From Nitrospirota bacterium (GTDB lineage Bacteria; Nitrospirota; JACRHJ01): 64,000 bases of DNA. The stretch lies in NCBI GenBank assembly GCA_021784575.1, contig JAJYHX010000004.1:778-64777 (forward strand), read 5' to 3'. This document shows positions 19,683 through 31,087 of the stretch, piece by piece (the stretch's first letter is position 1; the number at the start of each line of letters is the position of its first letter). The notes beneath the pieces are model-generated. The model worked only from the letters and a program-made list of their open reading frames with translations, searched no databases and was not told where the DNA came from. The position numbers were made by a program, and so were the translations under genes.

Positions 19683-21137
19683 TTATTTCTTTGAAGAGGT
19701 AAGCTCCCCGGCCGTGGGAAGGCTTGAGGCGTCCCAGCCGCCGCCCAGCGCCTTGATAAGCAGCACGCTCGCGTTCAGGCGCCGGCCCTGTATGTCAATT
19801 GCGCTTTTCTCGTTTCCAAGCTCGGCGCTCTGGGCCGATATGACGTTCAGGTAGGCGACGGTGCCCGCCTTATACTGGTTCGTAATAATCGCGGTGGACT
19901 TCTTTGCGGCCCTTACCGCCGCGTCCTCGGTTATCGCCTCCCGCCAAAGTATCTTCAGGGCGGCCAGGTTGTCCTCGACCTCCTGAAACGCGACGAGGGT
20001 AGTCTCCCGGTATGCCGCCACGCTTGCGTCATACGCGGCCCTTGCCTCGGCGGTCTGCGCGTGTCTTAAGCCCCCGCTGAATATCGTCCAGCCCAGGGAC
20101 GGGCCGAAAGACCAGAAGCGGCTCGGCCAGGTAAGCCACTTGGATATACTCCCGCTCTGGAATCCGCCGGACGCGCTTAAGGTGATGCTTGGATAATACG
20201 CCGCTTCGGCGACGCCTATCTGGGCGTTGGCGGCGACGACGCGCCTTTCCGCCGCAGCGATGTCCGGCCTGCGCTCCAGAAGCTCCGACGGCACGCCGAC
20301 GGGTATCGCCGGGGGAGAGGCCGTTAGCGGCAGAGGGGGAATCGAGAAGCTTGACGCCGGCGTCCCGACAAGCACGGCGATGGCATGTTCAAGCTGGGCG
20401 CGTTGAACGCCGAGGTCTATATCCTGGGCCTCCGTGGTCTTGAGCAGGGTATCCGCCTGCGCAACGTCCGCCTCGGACACGACACCGGCGTTGTAGCGGT
20501 TCGTCGTGAGCTTTAGGGACTCTTTGTATAGGGAGACGGTGGAATCCAGCAGTTTTTCCTGGGCGTCGAGGGTGCGGAGCTGGAAGTAGTCCTGCGCAAG
20601 CTCAGACTGGATGCTGAGCTCCGCCGAGGCCAGGTCCGCCGCGCTCGCCTGCGCGTTAGCGCTGTTCGATTCCACGCTCCTCCTCACCTTGCCCCAGAAG
20701 TCCGGCTCCCACGACGCGTTTACCGGCAGGGAGTAATCTGACGACTCGGTACGCTGAATAAACCCGCCGAAACTTGAGACTGTCGTCGTGGAAGGACTCG
20801 ACCTGGCGAATGACACGCCTGCGCCGATGGTCGGGAAGTATGCGGCGCGTGCTGCCATGACCAGCGCGCGCGCCTGCCGGAACTGGGCCTCTGCCTGGAT
20901 AATGTTCTGGTTAGAGACGTTGACTTTTGCCTCAAGCCTGTCCAGAGTCGGGTCGTTGTATATCTTCCACCACGGCCCCCGTATGCGATTGTCCGCCGGT
21001 TGGGCGGTCTTCCAGCCGCTTATCTCCTTGAAAACCGGCGGAGTTGCCGCAGAAGGCCGGACGTAGTTCGGCCCGACGGCGCACGCCGCAAAAACCGAAA
21101 GAATCATGGCCGCGAATATAAGCCTGAATATCTTCAT
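19683..21137 (-). CDS. NodT/OprM-family efflux outer membrane lipoprotein
   Basis: Lipobox FAAC, GPNY.RP, WEPDFWG, PSELLERRPDI, LIKALGGGW; start at ATG 21137 with a GGAGG RBS. Confidence 0.93.
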   Translation of the reverse strand: MKIFRLIFAAMILSVFAACAVGPNYVRPSAATPPVFKEISGWKTAQPADNRIRGPWWKIYNDPTLDRLEAKVNVSNQNIIQAEAQFRQARALVMAARAAYFPTIGAGVSFARSSPSTTTVSSFGGFIQRTESSDYSLPVNASWEPDFWGKVRRSVESNSANAQASAADLASAELSIQSELAQDYFQLRTLDAQEKLLDSTVSLYKESLKLTTNRYNAGVVSEADVAQADTLLKTTEAQDIDLGVQRAQLEHAIAVLVGTPASSFSIPPLPLTASPPAIPVGVPSELLERRPDIAAAERRVVAANAQIGVAEAAYYPSITLSASGGFQSGSISKWLTWPSRFWSFGPSLGWTIFSGGLRHAQTAEARAAYDASVAAYRETTLVAFQEVEDNLAALKILWREAITEDAAVRAAKKSTAIITNQYKAGTVAYLNVISAQSAELGNEKSAIDIQGRRLNASVLLIKALGGGWDASSLPTAGELTSSKK

Positions 21138-21166
21138 ATCCCTCCGAGAATTACGCATAGCCGCGT

Positions 21167-24100
21167 TTAGTTGATTGCCGGATCCTTTGCATGAACCGCC
21201 CGCTTGCCCTGCACCCATAGCCTGAAGCGGTCCAGGTAGAGATACATCACCGGCGTCGTGAAAAGTGTCAGCATCTGGCTGAATATAAGCCCTCCGACGA
21301 TTGTCAGGCCGAGCGGGCGCCTTAGCTCCGAGCCTACTCCTCCGCCTATCGCCAGAGGCATCGCGCCCAGAAGCGCCGCCATGGTCGTCATCATTATCGG
21401 CCTGAACCGCAAGAGACACGCCTGATAGATGGCGTCCACGGGGTTTTTGCCGTCCTTTCGTTCCGACTCCAGGGCAAAATCCACCATCATTATACCGTTC
21501 TTTTTTACTATGCCAATCAAAAGAATTATGCCTATCATCGCTATTACGCTCAAGTCCGTCCCGGTAATCATCAGCGCAAGCGCCGCGCCTACGCCCGCGG
21601 ACGGAAGCGTGGACAGTATCGTAAGGGGATGGACGTAGCTCTCGTAGAGTATGCCGAGAACGATATAGACCGAGGCAAGCGCGGCAAGTATCAGAAGCGG
21701 CTCGTTGGCAAGCGAGGTCTGGAAGGCCTGGGCTGTGCCGGAGAAGCTCCCGAGTATGTTCGCGGGCATACCGAGTTTCCTGGCCGTATCCTCGACTGCG
21801 TTTACCGCATCTCCCAGCGCAACGCCGCGGCGGAGGTTAAATGAAATGGTGACGGAGGGATACTGCCCCTGGTGATTCACTGAGAGCGATGTGTTTTCCG
21901 GCTTGTAGCGCGTGAATGCGCTGAGAGGCGCCTGGCCGCCGCCGGACGTCGGCACGTATATGTATTTCAGGGAATCCGGACGCTGCCAGAAACGCGGCGC
22001 GACCTCCATCACTACGTGGTACTGGTTCAGTGTGGAGTAGATTATGGACACCTGCCTCTGGCCGAAGGCGTCGTAGAGGGTGTTGTCTATCGCCTGCGGC
22101 GTAATGCCGAGCCGGGCCGCAGTGGGGCGGTCTATAACGAGAGTAGCCTGAAGACCTTTGTCCTGGAGATCGCTGTTTACGTCGGTAAGCTGCGGCAGAC
22201 GGCGCATTTTCTCAAGCAGGCGCCTGGTCCAGAGGGCAAGCTCGGGCAGGTTATTGCCCTGCAGGGTGTATTGATAAAGGGCGCTGCTGAGTTTGCCGCC
22301 GACGCGGAGGTCCTGCACGGGCTGGAGGAACGTCGGCGCGCCCGGCACGGAGGCGAGCTTCTTCCTGAGCCTCGCCATTACCGCGAGGATGCTTGATTTC
22401 CGTTCGCTGAAGGGTTTCAGCGCTATGAACATCCTTGCGGTGTTGGTGGTCGAGCCGCCGCCGCCCGTGAACCCTATAACATAGTCTACTTCAGGATCTT
22501 TTTTTATTATGTCCACTACCTCTTCGAGCTTTTTCTTCATGGACTGAAACGATACGTTCTCCGCCGCCTGGATATTCCCGAAAAGACGCCCGGTGTCCTG
22601 GAGCGGGAAGAAGCCCTTGGGGACTATTGTGAAGAGGTATATGCTGAAGCCGACCGTAGCCGCAAGGAGGAGTATCATGAAGAAGTGGTGCTTGAGCGCC
22701 CACCTCAGGCTTAACTCGTAGCGCCGGTGTATAAAGTTGAATGCGTTCTCGCTTATCCTGTAGGCATGGCCGTGCCGGTAGTGGTCTCCAGGCTTGAGCA
22801 TCACGGCGCAGAGCATCGGTGTGGATGTGAGAGACGCAATAAGGGAGACGAACACCGCGGAAGAGAGCACCACGGCGAACTCCCGGAACAGGCGACCGAC
22901 AATACCGCCCATAAGCAGTATCGGCGTAAAGACGGCTATAAGCGAGAGGCTCATGGAAAGGACCGTGAAGGATATTTCGCGCGTGCCGATGATTGCCGCC
23001 TGGAATGGTTTCTCGCCCTTCTCGATATGGCGGGTAATGTTTTCGAGCACGACTATGGCGTCATCCACGACGAAACCTGTCGCGACCGTAAGCGCCATGA
23101 GCGAGAGGTTGTCCAGAGAATAGCCGAAGATATACATTATCCCGAAGGTGCCGATTATGGAAACCGTGAGGGCGACAGCCGGTATGACGGTGGCGCGCAC
23201 AGTCCTTAGGAAGGCGAAAACGACGAGTATGACGAGTATGCCGGCGATAATCAGGGTCTCCTCGACATGCAACAGGGACGCCCTTATGGGCGGCGTGCGG
23301 TCCAGCACGACTGACATGCTCACGTTTTGCGGAAGCACGGCCCTGAAATGAGGCATAAGCGCCTTGATGCTGCTCACCGTCTGGATGATGTTCGCGCCGG
23401 GCTGGCTGAATATGACCAGCATGATTGCGGGCTTCCCGTTAACAAAACCCGCGGCGCGCACATCCTCTACGGAGTTGGTGACTTTGGCCACGTCTTTTAA
23501 ACGCACCGGCGCGCCGTGCCTGTACGCGATAACAAGATTTTGATACTGCGCGGCCTTGTAGAGCTGGTCGTTGGTGTATATCTCAAGTGTCCTGCCCGTG
23601 TTCGTAATCTGTCCCTTGGGCCTGTTCGCGTTGGCGGCGGCAAGCGCGGCGCGCGCGTCCTCAAGGCTTACGCCGTAGCTTGACATGACCATGGGATCGA
23701 AATCCACGCGCACAGCCGGGAGCGAGTGCCCGCCCACAAAGACCTCTCCTACGCCCTTCACCTGCGAGAGCTGCTGCTGGATGACGTTCGAGGCTACGTC
23801 GTAGATCCTGGATTTGGGGACCGTGTTGGAAGTCAGGGCAATTATAAGAATCGGCGCGTTGGCCGGATTTACCTTGCGATAGGTCGGATTGCTCGGCAGG
23901 TTTGCCGGCAGATACCCGCGCGCAGCATTTATTGCCGCCTGCACGTCCCGCGCGGCCCCGTTGATGTCCCGGTTTAAGTCGAACTGAAGCACAATGCCGG
24001 TCTCGCCGCGTGTGCTGGTGGAGGTCATCTCCGTAACGCCGGCTATTCGCCCGAACTGCCGCTCAAGCGGCGCTGCGACGGATGTCGCCATCGTTTCCGG

Positions 24101-24265
24101 GTCCGCGCCCGGCAGGCCCGCCTCAACGGAGATCGTCGGGAAGTCCACCTGCGGCAGGGGCGATACCGGCAGCAGGCGGAACGATATTGCCCCGGCAAGG
24201 ATTATCCCTGCCGTAAGAAGTGTCGTCGCGACAGGTCTCTTTATAAATATTTCGGAGATGTTCAT
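21167..24265 (-). CDS. mdtC: RND multidrug efflux subunit MdtC-like
   Basis: [41 protein letters not shown]. Confidence 0.9.
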   Translation of the reverse strand: MNISEIFIKRPVATTLLTAGIILAGAISFRLLPVSPLPQVDFPTISVEAGLPGADPETMATSVAAPLERQFGRIAGVTEMTSTSTRGETGIVLQFDLNRDINGAARDVQAAINAARGYLPANLPSNPTYRKVNPANAPILIIALTSNTVPKSRIYDVASNVIQQQLSQVKGVGEVFVGGHSLPAVRVDFDPMVMSSYGVSLEDARAALAAANANRPKGQITNTGRTLEIYTNDQLYKAAQYQNLVIAYRHGAPVRLKDVAKVTNSVEDVRAAGFVNGKPAIMLVIFSQPGANIIQTVSSIKALMPHFRAVLPQNVSMSVVLDRTPPIRASLLHVEETLIIAGILVILVVFAFLRTVRATVIPAVALTVSIIGTFGIMYIFGYSLDNLSLMALTVATGFVVDDAIVVLENITRHIEKGEKPFQAAIIGTREISFTVLSMSLSLIAVFTPILLMGGIVGRLFREFAVVLSSAVFVSLIASLTSTPMLCAVMLKPGDHYRHGHAYRISENAFNFIHRRYELSLRWALKHHFFMILLLAATVGFSIYLFTIVPKGFFPLQDTGRLFGNIQAAENVSFQSMKKKLEEVVDIIKKDPEVDYVIGFTGGGGSTTNTARMFIALKPFSERKSSILAVMARLRKKLASVPGAPTFLQPVQDLRVGGKLSSALYQYTLQGNNLPELALWTRRLLEKMRRLPQLTDVNSDLQDKGLQATLVIDRPTAARLGITPQAIDNTLYDAFGQRQVSIIYSTLNQYHVVMEVAPRFWQRPDSLKYIYVPTSGGGQAPLSAFTRYKPENTSLSVNHQGQYPSVTISFNLRRGVALGDAVNAVEDTARKLGMPANILGSFSGTAQAFQTSLANEPLLILAALASVYIVLGILYESYVHPLTILSTLPSAGVGAALALMITGTDLSVIAMIGIILLIGIVKKNGIMMVDFALESERKDGKNPVDAIYQACLLRFRPIMMTTMAALLGAMPLAIGGGVGSELRRPLGLTIVGGLIFSQMLTLFTTPVMYLYLDRFRLWVQGKRAVHAKDPAIN

Positions 24266-24277
24266 GCTAAAATTTTT

Positions 24278-27200
24278 TCAGGCTCGCTCCGCGAGATTCT
24301 TCTTCTTGATCCTCCCCGCAATCCTGTCGAACGCGAGATATATCACCGGCGTGGTAAAAAGGGTGAGCGCCTGGCTGACTATCAGACCGCCTACAATGGA
24401 TATTCCGAGAGGGCGCCTGAGCTCCGAGCCAACACCGCGTCCGAGGGCGAGCGGAAGCGCGCCAAGAAGCGCCGCGAAGGTCGTCATGAGTATCGGGCGG
24501 AACCTCAAAAGACAGGCCTGGTATATGGCATCGGTTGGGCTTTTGCCCTCGTTTCTCTCAAGGTCGAGCGCGAAGTCGACCATCATAATGCCGTTCTTCT
24601 CCACGATGCCTATGAGAAGTATTATGCCGATTATGGCGACGACGTTTAAGTCCGAATGAAACATTATCAGGGCAAGGAGCGCGCCGACTCCAGCCGAGGG
24701 CAGGGTGGAGAGTATCGTCACGGGATGGATATAGCTTTCGTAGAGGACGCCGAGGATTATGTATACCGTAATGAGCGCGGCAAGTATCAGCAGCGGTTCG
24801 TTGCTTAAAGAGGCTATGAACGCCTGGGCCGTGCCCTGGAAGCTCGCCTGTATGCTTGCCGGAAGCCCCAGGCCCTTTACGGCCTTCTCGACCGCCGAGA
24901 CCGCGCCGCCAAGCGACGCGCCCGGCGCGAGATTGAAAGACGCTGTTACCGCCGGGAACTGCCCAAGGCGGTTTATCACGAGCGGGGCCGTCGTTTCCGA
25001 TGCCCTGGTAATTGCGCCGAGCGGAACTTCCCCGCCGCCGGAACTCCTGAAGTATATTGACTGAAGCCCCCGCGGATCCTGCTGGAACTGCGGCTTTACC
25101 GACATCACGACCCTGTACTGGTTAAGCTCCGTGAACATCGTGGATATGAGCCTCTGGCCGAACGCATCGTAGAGCGTATCGTCTATCGTCTGCGGCGTGA
25201 TGCCGAGTCTTGATGCGGTGCTCCTGTCAATGTCGAGGTTTTCCTGAAGTCCCTTATTCTGCTGGTCGCTGCTGACGTCGGCAAGTTCCGGCAGTGTTCC
25301 GAGTTTCTTTATTACGCGCGGCGCCCATAAATCAAGCTCGTCTGCGTTTGGGTCCTCCATCGTATATTGGAACTGCGTGCGGCTCTGGCGAACATCGACG
25401 GTTAGGTCCTGCACCGGCTGCATGAAAAGCCTTATGCCCCGGACTGCCGCGAGTTTCGGCTCGAGCCGCCGGATGATGGCGCTCGCGCTTATGCCGCGTT
25501 CGGAAAGCGGTTTCAGGTTTATAAGTATGCGTCCGGTGTTCAGCGTCGTGTTTGTCCCGTCCACCCCGATGAAAGACGACAGGCTTTCCACCGCCGGGTC
25601 TTTAAGGATTACATCCGCCAGTTTCTGCTGCCGCACGGCCATTGCAGGAAAGGATATGGACTGCGGGGCCTCGGATATTCCCTGTATTACCCCCGTATCC
25701 TGTATCGGGAAGAAACCCTTTGGAATAACCGTATACAAAACCACCGTCAGCACGAGCGTGCCCGCCGCGACCAGAAGCGTCGCGGTCTGATGATCGAGCA
25801 CTATGCGCAGGAGTTTTCCATACCGCGCTATTACCCTGTCGAACATTCCCTGGGACCATCGGTAAAACCTCCCTTGCCTTTCCTCCGGCGTGTGCTTTAA
25901 TAGCCTCGCGCACATCATGGGCGTAAGCGTAAGGGAGACAACCGCGGAGATAAGGATTGTAACGCCAAGGGTCAGGGCGAATTCCCTGAAGAGGCGCCCG
26001 ACGACATCGCCCATGAAAAGGAGCGGTATCAGAACCGCGATGAGCGATACGGTCAGGGACAGGATGGTAAAACCTATCTGCCTGGAACCCTTGAGCGCCG
26101 CCTCAAGAGGCGGATCTCCCTGCTCGACGAACCTTGCTATGTTTTCAATCATCACTATGGCGTCGTCCACGACAAAACCCGTGGAGATGGTAAGCGCCAT
26201 AAGCGAGAGGTTGTTCAGGCTGAACCCCATGAGATACATTACGCCGAACGTCCCGACAAGGGACAGTGGAACTGCCACGCTCGGGATGACAGTCGCGGAG
26301 AGGTTCCGAAGGAAAAGGAATATGACCATTACAACGAGCGCAATGGCAAGGAGCATCTCATACTGCACGTCCCGCACCGAGGCGCGGATGGTGGTGGTGC
26401 GGTCGGTCAGGATTGAGACGTGTATTGACGGCGGAAGGGTGCTTTCAAGCTGCGGCAGGAGCTTCTTTATGCTGTCCACGACAGCGATTACATTCGCGCC
26501 GGGCTGCCTCTGGATGTTAAGTATCACTGCGGGGGTCTCGTTCATCCAGGCCGCCTCCTGCACGTTCTCGGCCCCGTTTATAACCTCCGCCACGTTCGAA
26601 AGCCGCACGGGCGCGCCATTCTTATACGCCACGACGAGAGAGCGGTATTCCCCGCTCGAAAGCAGCTGGTCGTTCGCCCCGATAATATAAGACTGGTGCG
26701 GGCCGTCGAAGCTGCCCTTCGCCTGGTTTACATTTGAGGCGCTGATAGCCGAGCGGAGGTCTTCGAGAGTCATGCCGTAGGAAGCGAGCGCCGCCGGGTT
26801 CACGCGAACGCGCACGGCAGGTTTTTGGCCCCCGCCGATGCTCACGAGACCCACGCCCGGAACCTGGGAAATCTTCTGGGCGAACCGCGTGTCGGCGATA
26901 TCCTCCACCTGCGGCAGCGGCATGGATTTGGACGTGAGGCCGAGTGTAAGCACTGGGGCGTCCGCGGGATTGACCTTGCTGTATACGGGCGGGTTAGGCA
27001 GGTCTTTGGGCAGGAAGGTTCCCGCCGCGTTGATTGCCGCCTGGACCTCCTGCTCGGCTATGTCGAGGCTTAAATCGAGGCTGAACTGAAGCGTGATTAT
27101 GGAACTGCCGCCTGAGCTTGCCGAGGTCATCTGGGCGAGGCCCGGCATCTGCCCGAACTGCCGCTCAAGCGGCGCCGTTACGGACGAGGCCATGACGTCC

Positions 27201-27367
27201 GGACTTGCGCCCGGATAGAACGTCCGCACCTGGATGGTCGGGTATTCCACCTCCGGCAGGGCGGATACGGGAAGCTCGCGGTATGCCACGGCGCCGGCCA
27301 GGACGATGGCAATCATCAGGAGCGTCGTCGCAACCGGGCGGGTTATGAACGGCCGGGAGATGTTCAT
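24278..27367 (-). CDS. mdtB: RND multidrug efflux subunit MdtB-like
   Basis: [34 protein letters not shown]. Confidence 0.9.
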   Translation of the reverse strand: MNISRPFITRPVATTLLMIAIVLAGAVAYRELPVSALPEVEYPTIQVRTFYPGASPDVMASSVTAPLERQFGQMPGLAQMTSASSGGSSIITLQFSLDLSLDIAEQEVQAAINAAGTFLPKDLPNPPVYSKVNPADAPVLTLGLTSKSMPLPQVEDIADTRFAQKISQVPGVGLVSIGGGQKPAVRVRVNPAALASYGMTLEDLRSAISASNVNQAKGSFDGPHQSYIIGANDQLLSSGEYRSLVVAYKNGAPVRLSNVAEVINGAENVQEAAWMNETPAVILNIQRQPGANVIAVVDSIKKLLPQLESTLPPSIHVSILTDRTTTIRASVRDVQYEMLLAIALVVMVIFLFLRNLSATVIPSVAVPLSLVGTFGVMYLMGFSLNNLSLMALTISTGFVVDDAIVMIENIARFVEQGDPPLEAALKGSRQIGFTILSLTVSLIAVLIPLLFMGDVVGRLFREFALTLGVTILISAVVSLTLTPMMCARLLKHTPEERQGRFYRWSQGMFDRVIARYGKLLRIVLDHQTATLLVAAGTLVLTVVLYTVIPKGFFPIQDTGVIQGISEAPQSISFPAMAVRQQKLADVILKDPAVESLSSFIGVDGTNTTLNTGRILINLKPLSERGISASAIIRRLEPKLAAVRGIRLFMQPVQDLTVDVRQSRTQFQYTMEDPNADELDLWAPRVIKKLGTLPELADVSSDQQNKGLQENLDIDRSTASRLGITPQTIDDTLYDAFGQRLISTMFTELNQYRVVMSVKPQFQQDPRGLQSIYFRSSGGGEVPLGAITRASETTAPLVINRLGQFPAVTASFNLAPGASLGGAVSAVEKAVKGLGLPASIQASFQGTAQAFIASLSNEPLLILAALITVYIILGVLYESYIHPVTILSTLPSAGVGALLALIMFHSDLNVVAIIGIILLIGIVEKNGIMMVDFALDLERNEGKSPTDAIYQACLLRFRPILMTTFAALLGALPLALGRGVGSELRRPLGISIVGGLIVSQALTLFTTPVIYLAFDRIAGRIKKKNLAERA

Positions 27368-28554
27368 TATTTCCTTATTATCTCCACCGGGCTTCCGTCC
27401 TTAAGCCGCTCCATTCCGTCCGTCACGACAATCTCGCCGGGCGAGATACCGGAGGTAACCGCAATTTTGCCGCCCTCCGTCTCGCCGGTGGTAACAGGCC
27501 GCATCGAGGCTGTGTTTCCTGGCCGGACGATATACACATATTCGCCCCGGCTGCCCCTCTGAACGGCGACGGATGGTATTACCACGACGCCCCGGAGGGT
27601 CTTGACAAGCAGGGAAGCGTTTACGAACTGGTTGGGAAATAGTTCGTCCCCCGGGTTGCTGAAAATGGCCTTCACCTTTACCGTCCCGGTAGACGGGTCT
27701 ATCTGGTTATCGAGCGTAAGCATACGCCCGGATGCGATTTTGTGCCGCATCGCGCGGTCGTAGATGTCCACGAGCGGGCGTCCGCCCTTTCGGAGCCGCG
27801 CCTGGAGCTGGGGCAGGTAATCCTCCGCGATGGGGAAAACCACCGTTATCGGGTGATCCTGCGTTATCACGACAAGGCCGGTAGTATCGGTCGCATGGAC
27901 TATATTCCCGGCGTCTACAAGTCTAAGCCCGACGCGCCCGCTCACCGGCGCGGTTATGCGGGAATAAACGAGTTGGAGTTTTGCGTTGTCTATAGCCCCC
28001 TGGTCGGACTTAACCACGCCTTCGTACTGGCGCACAAGGGCCGCCTGCGTGTCAAGCTGCTGTTCCGGGATGGAGTTCTGAGACCACAAGAGCTTGTAGC
28101 GTTTCAAGTCTGCTTTCGCATTATCGAGGAACTGACTGTCCTTCGCCATCTGGCCCTGGGCCTGGATAAGCTGAACCCGAAAAGGCCGAGGGTCTATCTG
28201 CGCCAGAAGCTCTCCCTTTTTCACTTCCTGGCCTTCGCGGTAGTTCACCCGCATAAGCTCGCCGTCCACGCGGGTCTTGACCGTCACGGTATTTAGGGGG
28301 ACAACCGAGCCAAGACCTGTAATATAGACATTTATGTTGCCCTTTTTTGCCGGGACCACGGAAACGGCCGCCGGACGCTGGGCCGGTTTGGGTATTTTTT
28401 TGGCAGCCCCGGAGCGCTCCAGGGCGTATATTCCGACTGCCGTCAGGCACAATACAACCAGGAAAAAAAATGCTTTCTTCCCTGGCGAAGCGCTTCCAAT
28501 CTTTACTACTTCATCGATTTTACTTGTTTTTTCCTGTTCGGACATTGAAGTCAC
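27367..28554 (-). CDS. mdtA: Membrane fusion protein MdtA-like
   Basis: N-terminal [32 protein letters not shown]. Confidence 0.9.
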   Translation of the reverse strand: MTSMSEQEKTSKIDEVVKIGSASPGKKAFFFLVVLCLTAVGIYALERSGAAKKIPKPAQRPAAVSVVPAKKGNINVYITGLGSVVPLNTVTVKTRVDGELMRVNYREGQEVKKGELLAQIDPRPFRVQLIQAQGQMAKDSQFLDNAKADLKRYKLLWSQNSIPEQQLDTQAALVRQYEGVVKSDQGAIDNAKLQLVYSRITAPVSGRVGLRLVDAGNIVHATDTTGLVVITQDHPITVVFPIAEDYLPQLQARLRKGGRPLVDIYDRAMRHKIASGRMLTLDNQIDPSTGTVKVKAIFSNPGDELFPNQFVNASLLVKTLRGVVVIPSVAVQRGSRGEYVYIVRPGNTASMRPVTTGETEGGKIAVTSGISPGEIVVTDGMERLKDGSPVEIIRK

Positions 28555-28687
28555 ACCTCACTGCTCGGTTTATCTTATATTGGGTGGATAAAATCCATTA
28601 TAACCAAAAAACCCATTGAATCTACTATTAAATTTAAAAAAGCCTATCTTATAGACGGCATAGAAAACCGGCTGGTTACAAATGGAC

Positions 28688-28810
28688 AAAAATTTGCCCG
28701 CGCCGGAGGGAGGAATCGGCGCGGGCAGAGGTGTCTTCCTTATCTCGCGGCAGGATCAGGAAGAAGAAAAATTTTCAAGGCATCTTCAGCAGACCCGGAA
28801 GTGTCATAAT
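28688..28810 (-). ncRNA. Candidate PHO-box-preceded small RNA (or mdtA leader) with two hairpins
   Basis: Stem TCTTCCT(28734-40)/AGGAAGA(28758-64); 11-bp stem 28695-28705/28717-28727 with minus-strand loop ATTCCTCCCTC, then AATTTTT. Confidence 0.4.
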
Positions 28811-28830
28811 GCAAAATTAAAGCAGAGAGT

Positions 28831-28870
28831 TGTTGCAGTTTGATTAAAGAAACATTAAGTTATGATGAAG
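28831..28870 (-). promoter_or_regulatory. PHO-box-like array, divergent from phoB
   Basis: Minus-strand heptamers CTTCATC, CTTAATG, TTTAATC, TGCAACA at 11-bp pitch, followed by N6-TGC-TTTAAT. Confidence 0.5.
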
Positions 28871-28946
28871 TTCTCTTTTTTGTTGGACGAAAAAAATGAA
28901 ATATAATAGAGTAAGACTGTAAAAAAAACGTTCTGGAGACTTAAAG

Positions 28947-29636
28947 ATGTCCGAGAATATCCTCGTGGTGGACGACGAGAAAGACCTGCTGGAGCTGGTG
29001 GAATACAACCTCGCCAAGGAAGGCTACAAGGTAACTACCGCGGAAAGCGGCGTGGACGCCCTGAAAATCGCCCGGAAAGATTCCCCGTCTCTTATTGTGC
29101 TCGATATAATGCTCCCGGGGATGCAGGGCCTGGAAGTGCTCCGAGAGCTTAAGAAAAAGCCCGACAGCCAGGACATTCCCGTAATCCTTCTGACGGCCAG
29201 GGGCGGAGAGCTCGATCGCGTGCTCGGACTGGAGCTCGGCGCGGACGATTACGTAACCAAGCCTTTTTCGCCAAGGGAACTTGTGGCAAGGGTGAAGGCG
29301 GTGCTGAGGAGGTTCTCCGCAAACGGTCATGCGCCGACAGTCATAAAGGCAGGCGGTCTGAAGATAGACTTGGACAAAAACAAGGTTTACTTGAACGATA
29401 ACCCGCTCACCCTCTCCCCCACGGAGTTCAAGCTCCTCAAATACCTGGCCCTGAACAGAGGCAGGGTCCTCCCTCGAGAAAAACTCCTCGACAATGTCTG
29501 GAAGGACGACCAGTTCGTGGAGCCCCGGACGGTGGATGTCCACATACGGCGCCTGAGGGCCAAGATCGAGGAAGACCCGGAGAACCCAGCCATCATAAAG
29601 ACCGCGCGCGGCATTGGATACGAGATGGCCGAATGA
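28947..29636 (+). CDS. phoB: Phosphate regulon response regulator (OmpR family)
   Basis: VVDDE, LDIMLP, GADDYVTKPFS, RTVDVHIRRLR; next to the pst genes. Confidence 0.9.
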   Translation: MSENILVVDDEKDLLELVEYNLAKEGYKVTTAESGVDALKIARKDSPSLIVLDIMLPGMQGLEVLRELKKKPDSQDIPVILLTARGGELDRVLGLELGADDYVTKPFSPRELVARVKAVLRRFSANGHAPTVIKAGGLKIDLDKNKVYLNDNPLTLSPTEFKLLKYLALNRGRVLPREKLLDNVWKDDQFVEPRTVDVHIRRLRAKIEEDPENPAIIKTARGIGYEMAE

Positions 29637-30943
29637 CGAATACCACGGCGGTTCTTTCCTTATTTATCGCCCTTATTATCGGTTGGTCGGTTCTGTCCCG
29701 GCTGCGGCTTGCCCGCAGGGTTGACCGTATGACAGCCTTCACCGGAAAGATAGCGGCGGGGGATTTCGGCAGCCGTATCGCCTCCGGCGGCGGGGACGAA
29801 CTCGGCATCCTCGCCGAGAACCTTAACCTCATGGCCGAGCAGCTCAAGAAAAACGTGGATGCGCTCTCGAAGGAAAAGGGCGTTCTGACTGCGGTGCTGA
29901 AAGGGATGGCGGAGGGTGTCATGATGACAGACGCCCAGGGCCGGGTGGGGCTTGTAAATCCCGCATTCCTCAGGACGTTCGGCATAAGGGAGGAGGACGC
30001 CGTAGGCAGGCCCCTTGTCGAGGTGATAAGGAATGAAGGGCTTTTAAACCTCTATAAAACCGCGCACGAACGGAAGGATTATGCGTCCGGCGAGATTGAG
30101 ACCAGCCTCCCGGAACCCATGTATTTCATTGCCGGATGCGTGCCCCTGATGATAGAGGAGGGCTTCTCCGGGATTGTCATAGTCCTGCACGACATCACAA
30201 GGATGTTTCAGCTCGAACGTGTCCGCAGGGATTTCGTGGCCAACGTGACCCATGAGCTTAAAACGCCTATCTCCGCCATACAGGGCTTCGCGGAGACACT
30301 GATGGACGGCGCGATAAACGACAAGGATAACGGCTTGAAATTTCTGGGGATAATTGAATCCAACGCCCGCAGGCTCTCCAGGCTCGTTGAGGACCTGATG
30401 ACACTTTCGAGAATCGAGCTTGGCGAGGTCAGGCTTCAGGTGAGGCCGGTCTCGCTTAAGGACGTTGCGGCTGAGGCCGCGGCGCTCCTTGAGCCGAAGA
30501 TCATGGAAAAGGGCATAAAACTGATATTTGAGTTCCCCGCCGATATGGCGTCCGCCCTGGCCGACAGGGACAGGCTCTACCAGATAATCCTGAACGTCCT
30601 CGACAATGCCGTAAAATATACCCCGCACAAAGAGAGCATCGTCGTATCCGGGGCCTGCCCGCCTGCCGCCGAGGCCGGTCAACCGGCAACGGTAGAGGTT
30701 TCCATAACCGACACCGGCCCCGGGATCCCGCAGGAGATGCTGCCCCGGCTGGGAGAGCGCTTCTTCAGGGTGGACCCGGCGCGCTCACGCGAGCTTGGAG
30801 GCACCGGCCTGGGCCTCGCAATCGTCAAGCACCTTGTAAGGCTCCACGGCGGAAGCTTCAATATCGAAAGCCCCGTCCAGACAACCCTCTCCCAAGGCTC
30901 CAGAGGGACAAAAGTCACTCTCACCTTCAAATCTTCCCTGTAA
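29633..30943 (+). CDS. phoR: Phosphate regulon sensor kinase (TM-HAMP-PAS-HisKA-HATPase)
   Basis: RRDFVANVTHELKTP, NAVKY, DTGPG, RFFRVD, GGTGLGLAIVKH. Confidence 0.92.
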   Translation: MTNTTAVLSLFIALIIGWSVLSRLRLARRVDRMTAFTGKIAAGDFGSRIASGGGDELGILAENLNLMAEQLKKNVDALSKEKGVLTAVLKGMAEGVMMTDAQGRVGLVNPAFLRTFGIREEDAVGRPLVEVIRNEGLLNLYKTAHERKDYASGEIETSLPEPMYFIAGCVPLMIEEGFSGIVIVLHDITRMFQLERVRRDFVANVTHELKTPISAIQGFAETLMDGAINDKDNGLKFLGIIESNARRLSRLVEDLMTLSRIELGEVRLQVRPVSLKDVAAEAAALLEPKIMEKGIKLIFEFPADMASALADRDRLYQIILNVLDNAVKYTPHKESIVVSGACPPAAEAGQPATVEVSITDTGPGIPQEMLPRLGERFFRVDPARSRELGGTGLGLAIVKHLVRLHGGSFNIESPVQTTLSQGSRGTKVTLTFKSSL

Positions 30944-30993
30944 TCAAAAATTAAAGTATCCTTAATAACGCTGTAACAATTACCTGCTATCCT
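30939..30993 (+). promoter_or_regulatory. PHO-box promoter of the porin-pst operon
   Basis: TGTAATC(30939), ATTAAAG(30950), CTTAATA(30961), TGTAACA(30972) at 11-bp pitch, then TGC-TATCCT as an extended -10. Confidence 0.65.
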
Positions 30994-31041
30994 TGCGCCG
31001 AAATGCTTTGAAAGGAGGTGAAAAGGCCCGGCAGTGGCGGA

Positions 31042-31081
31042 TTTAACGGACTTGTAACATAACTGTAATAATTTTGTAACA
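31042..31081 (+). promoter_or_regulatory. Second PHO-box-like array abutting the porin RBS
   Basis: TTTAACG(31042), TGTAACA(31053), TGTAATA(31064), TGTAACA(31075) at 11-bp pitch. Confidence 0.65.
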
Positions 31082-31087
31082 GAAGGG

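Noticed and set aside
21167-27367. Repeated DNA segments within the efflux genes
   Set aside because: Explained by mdtB/mdtC paralogy.
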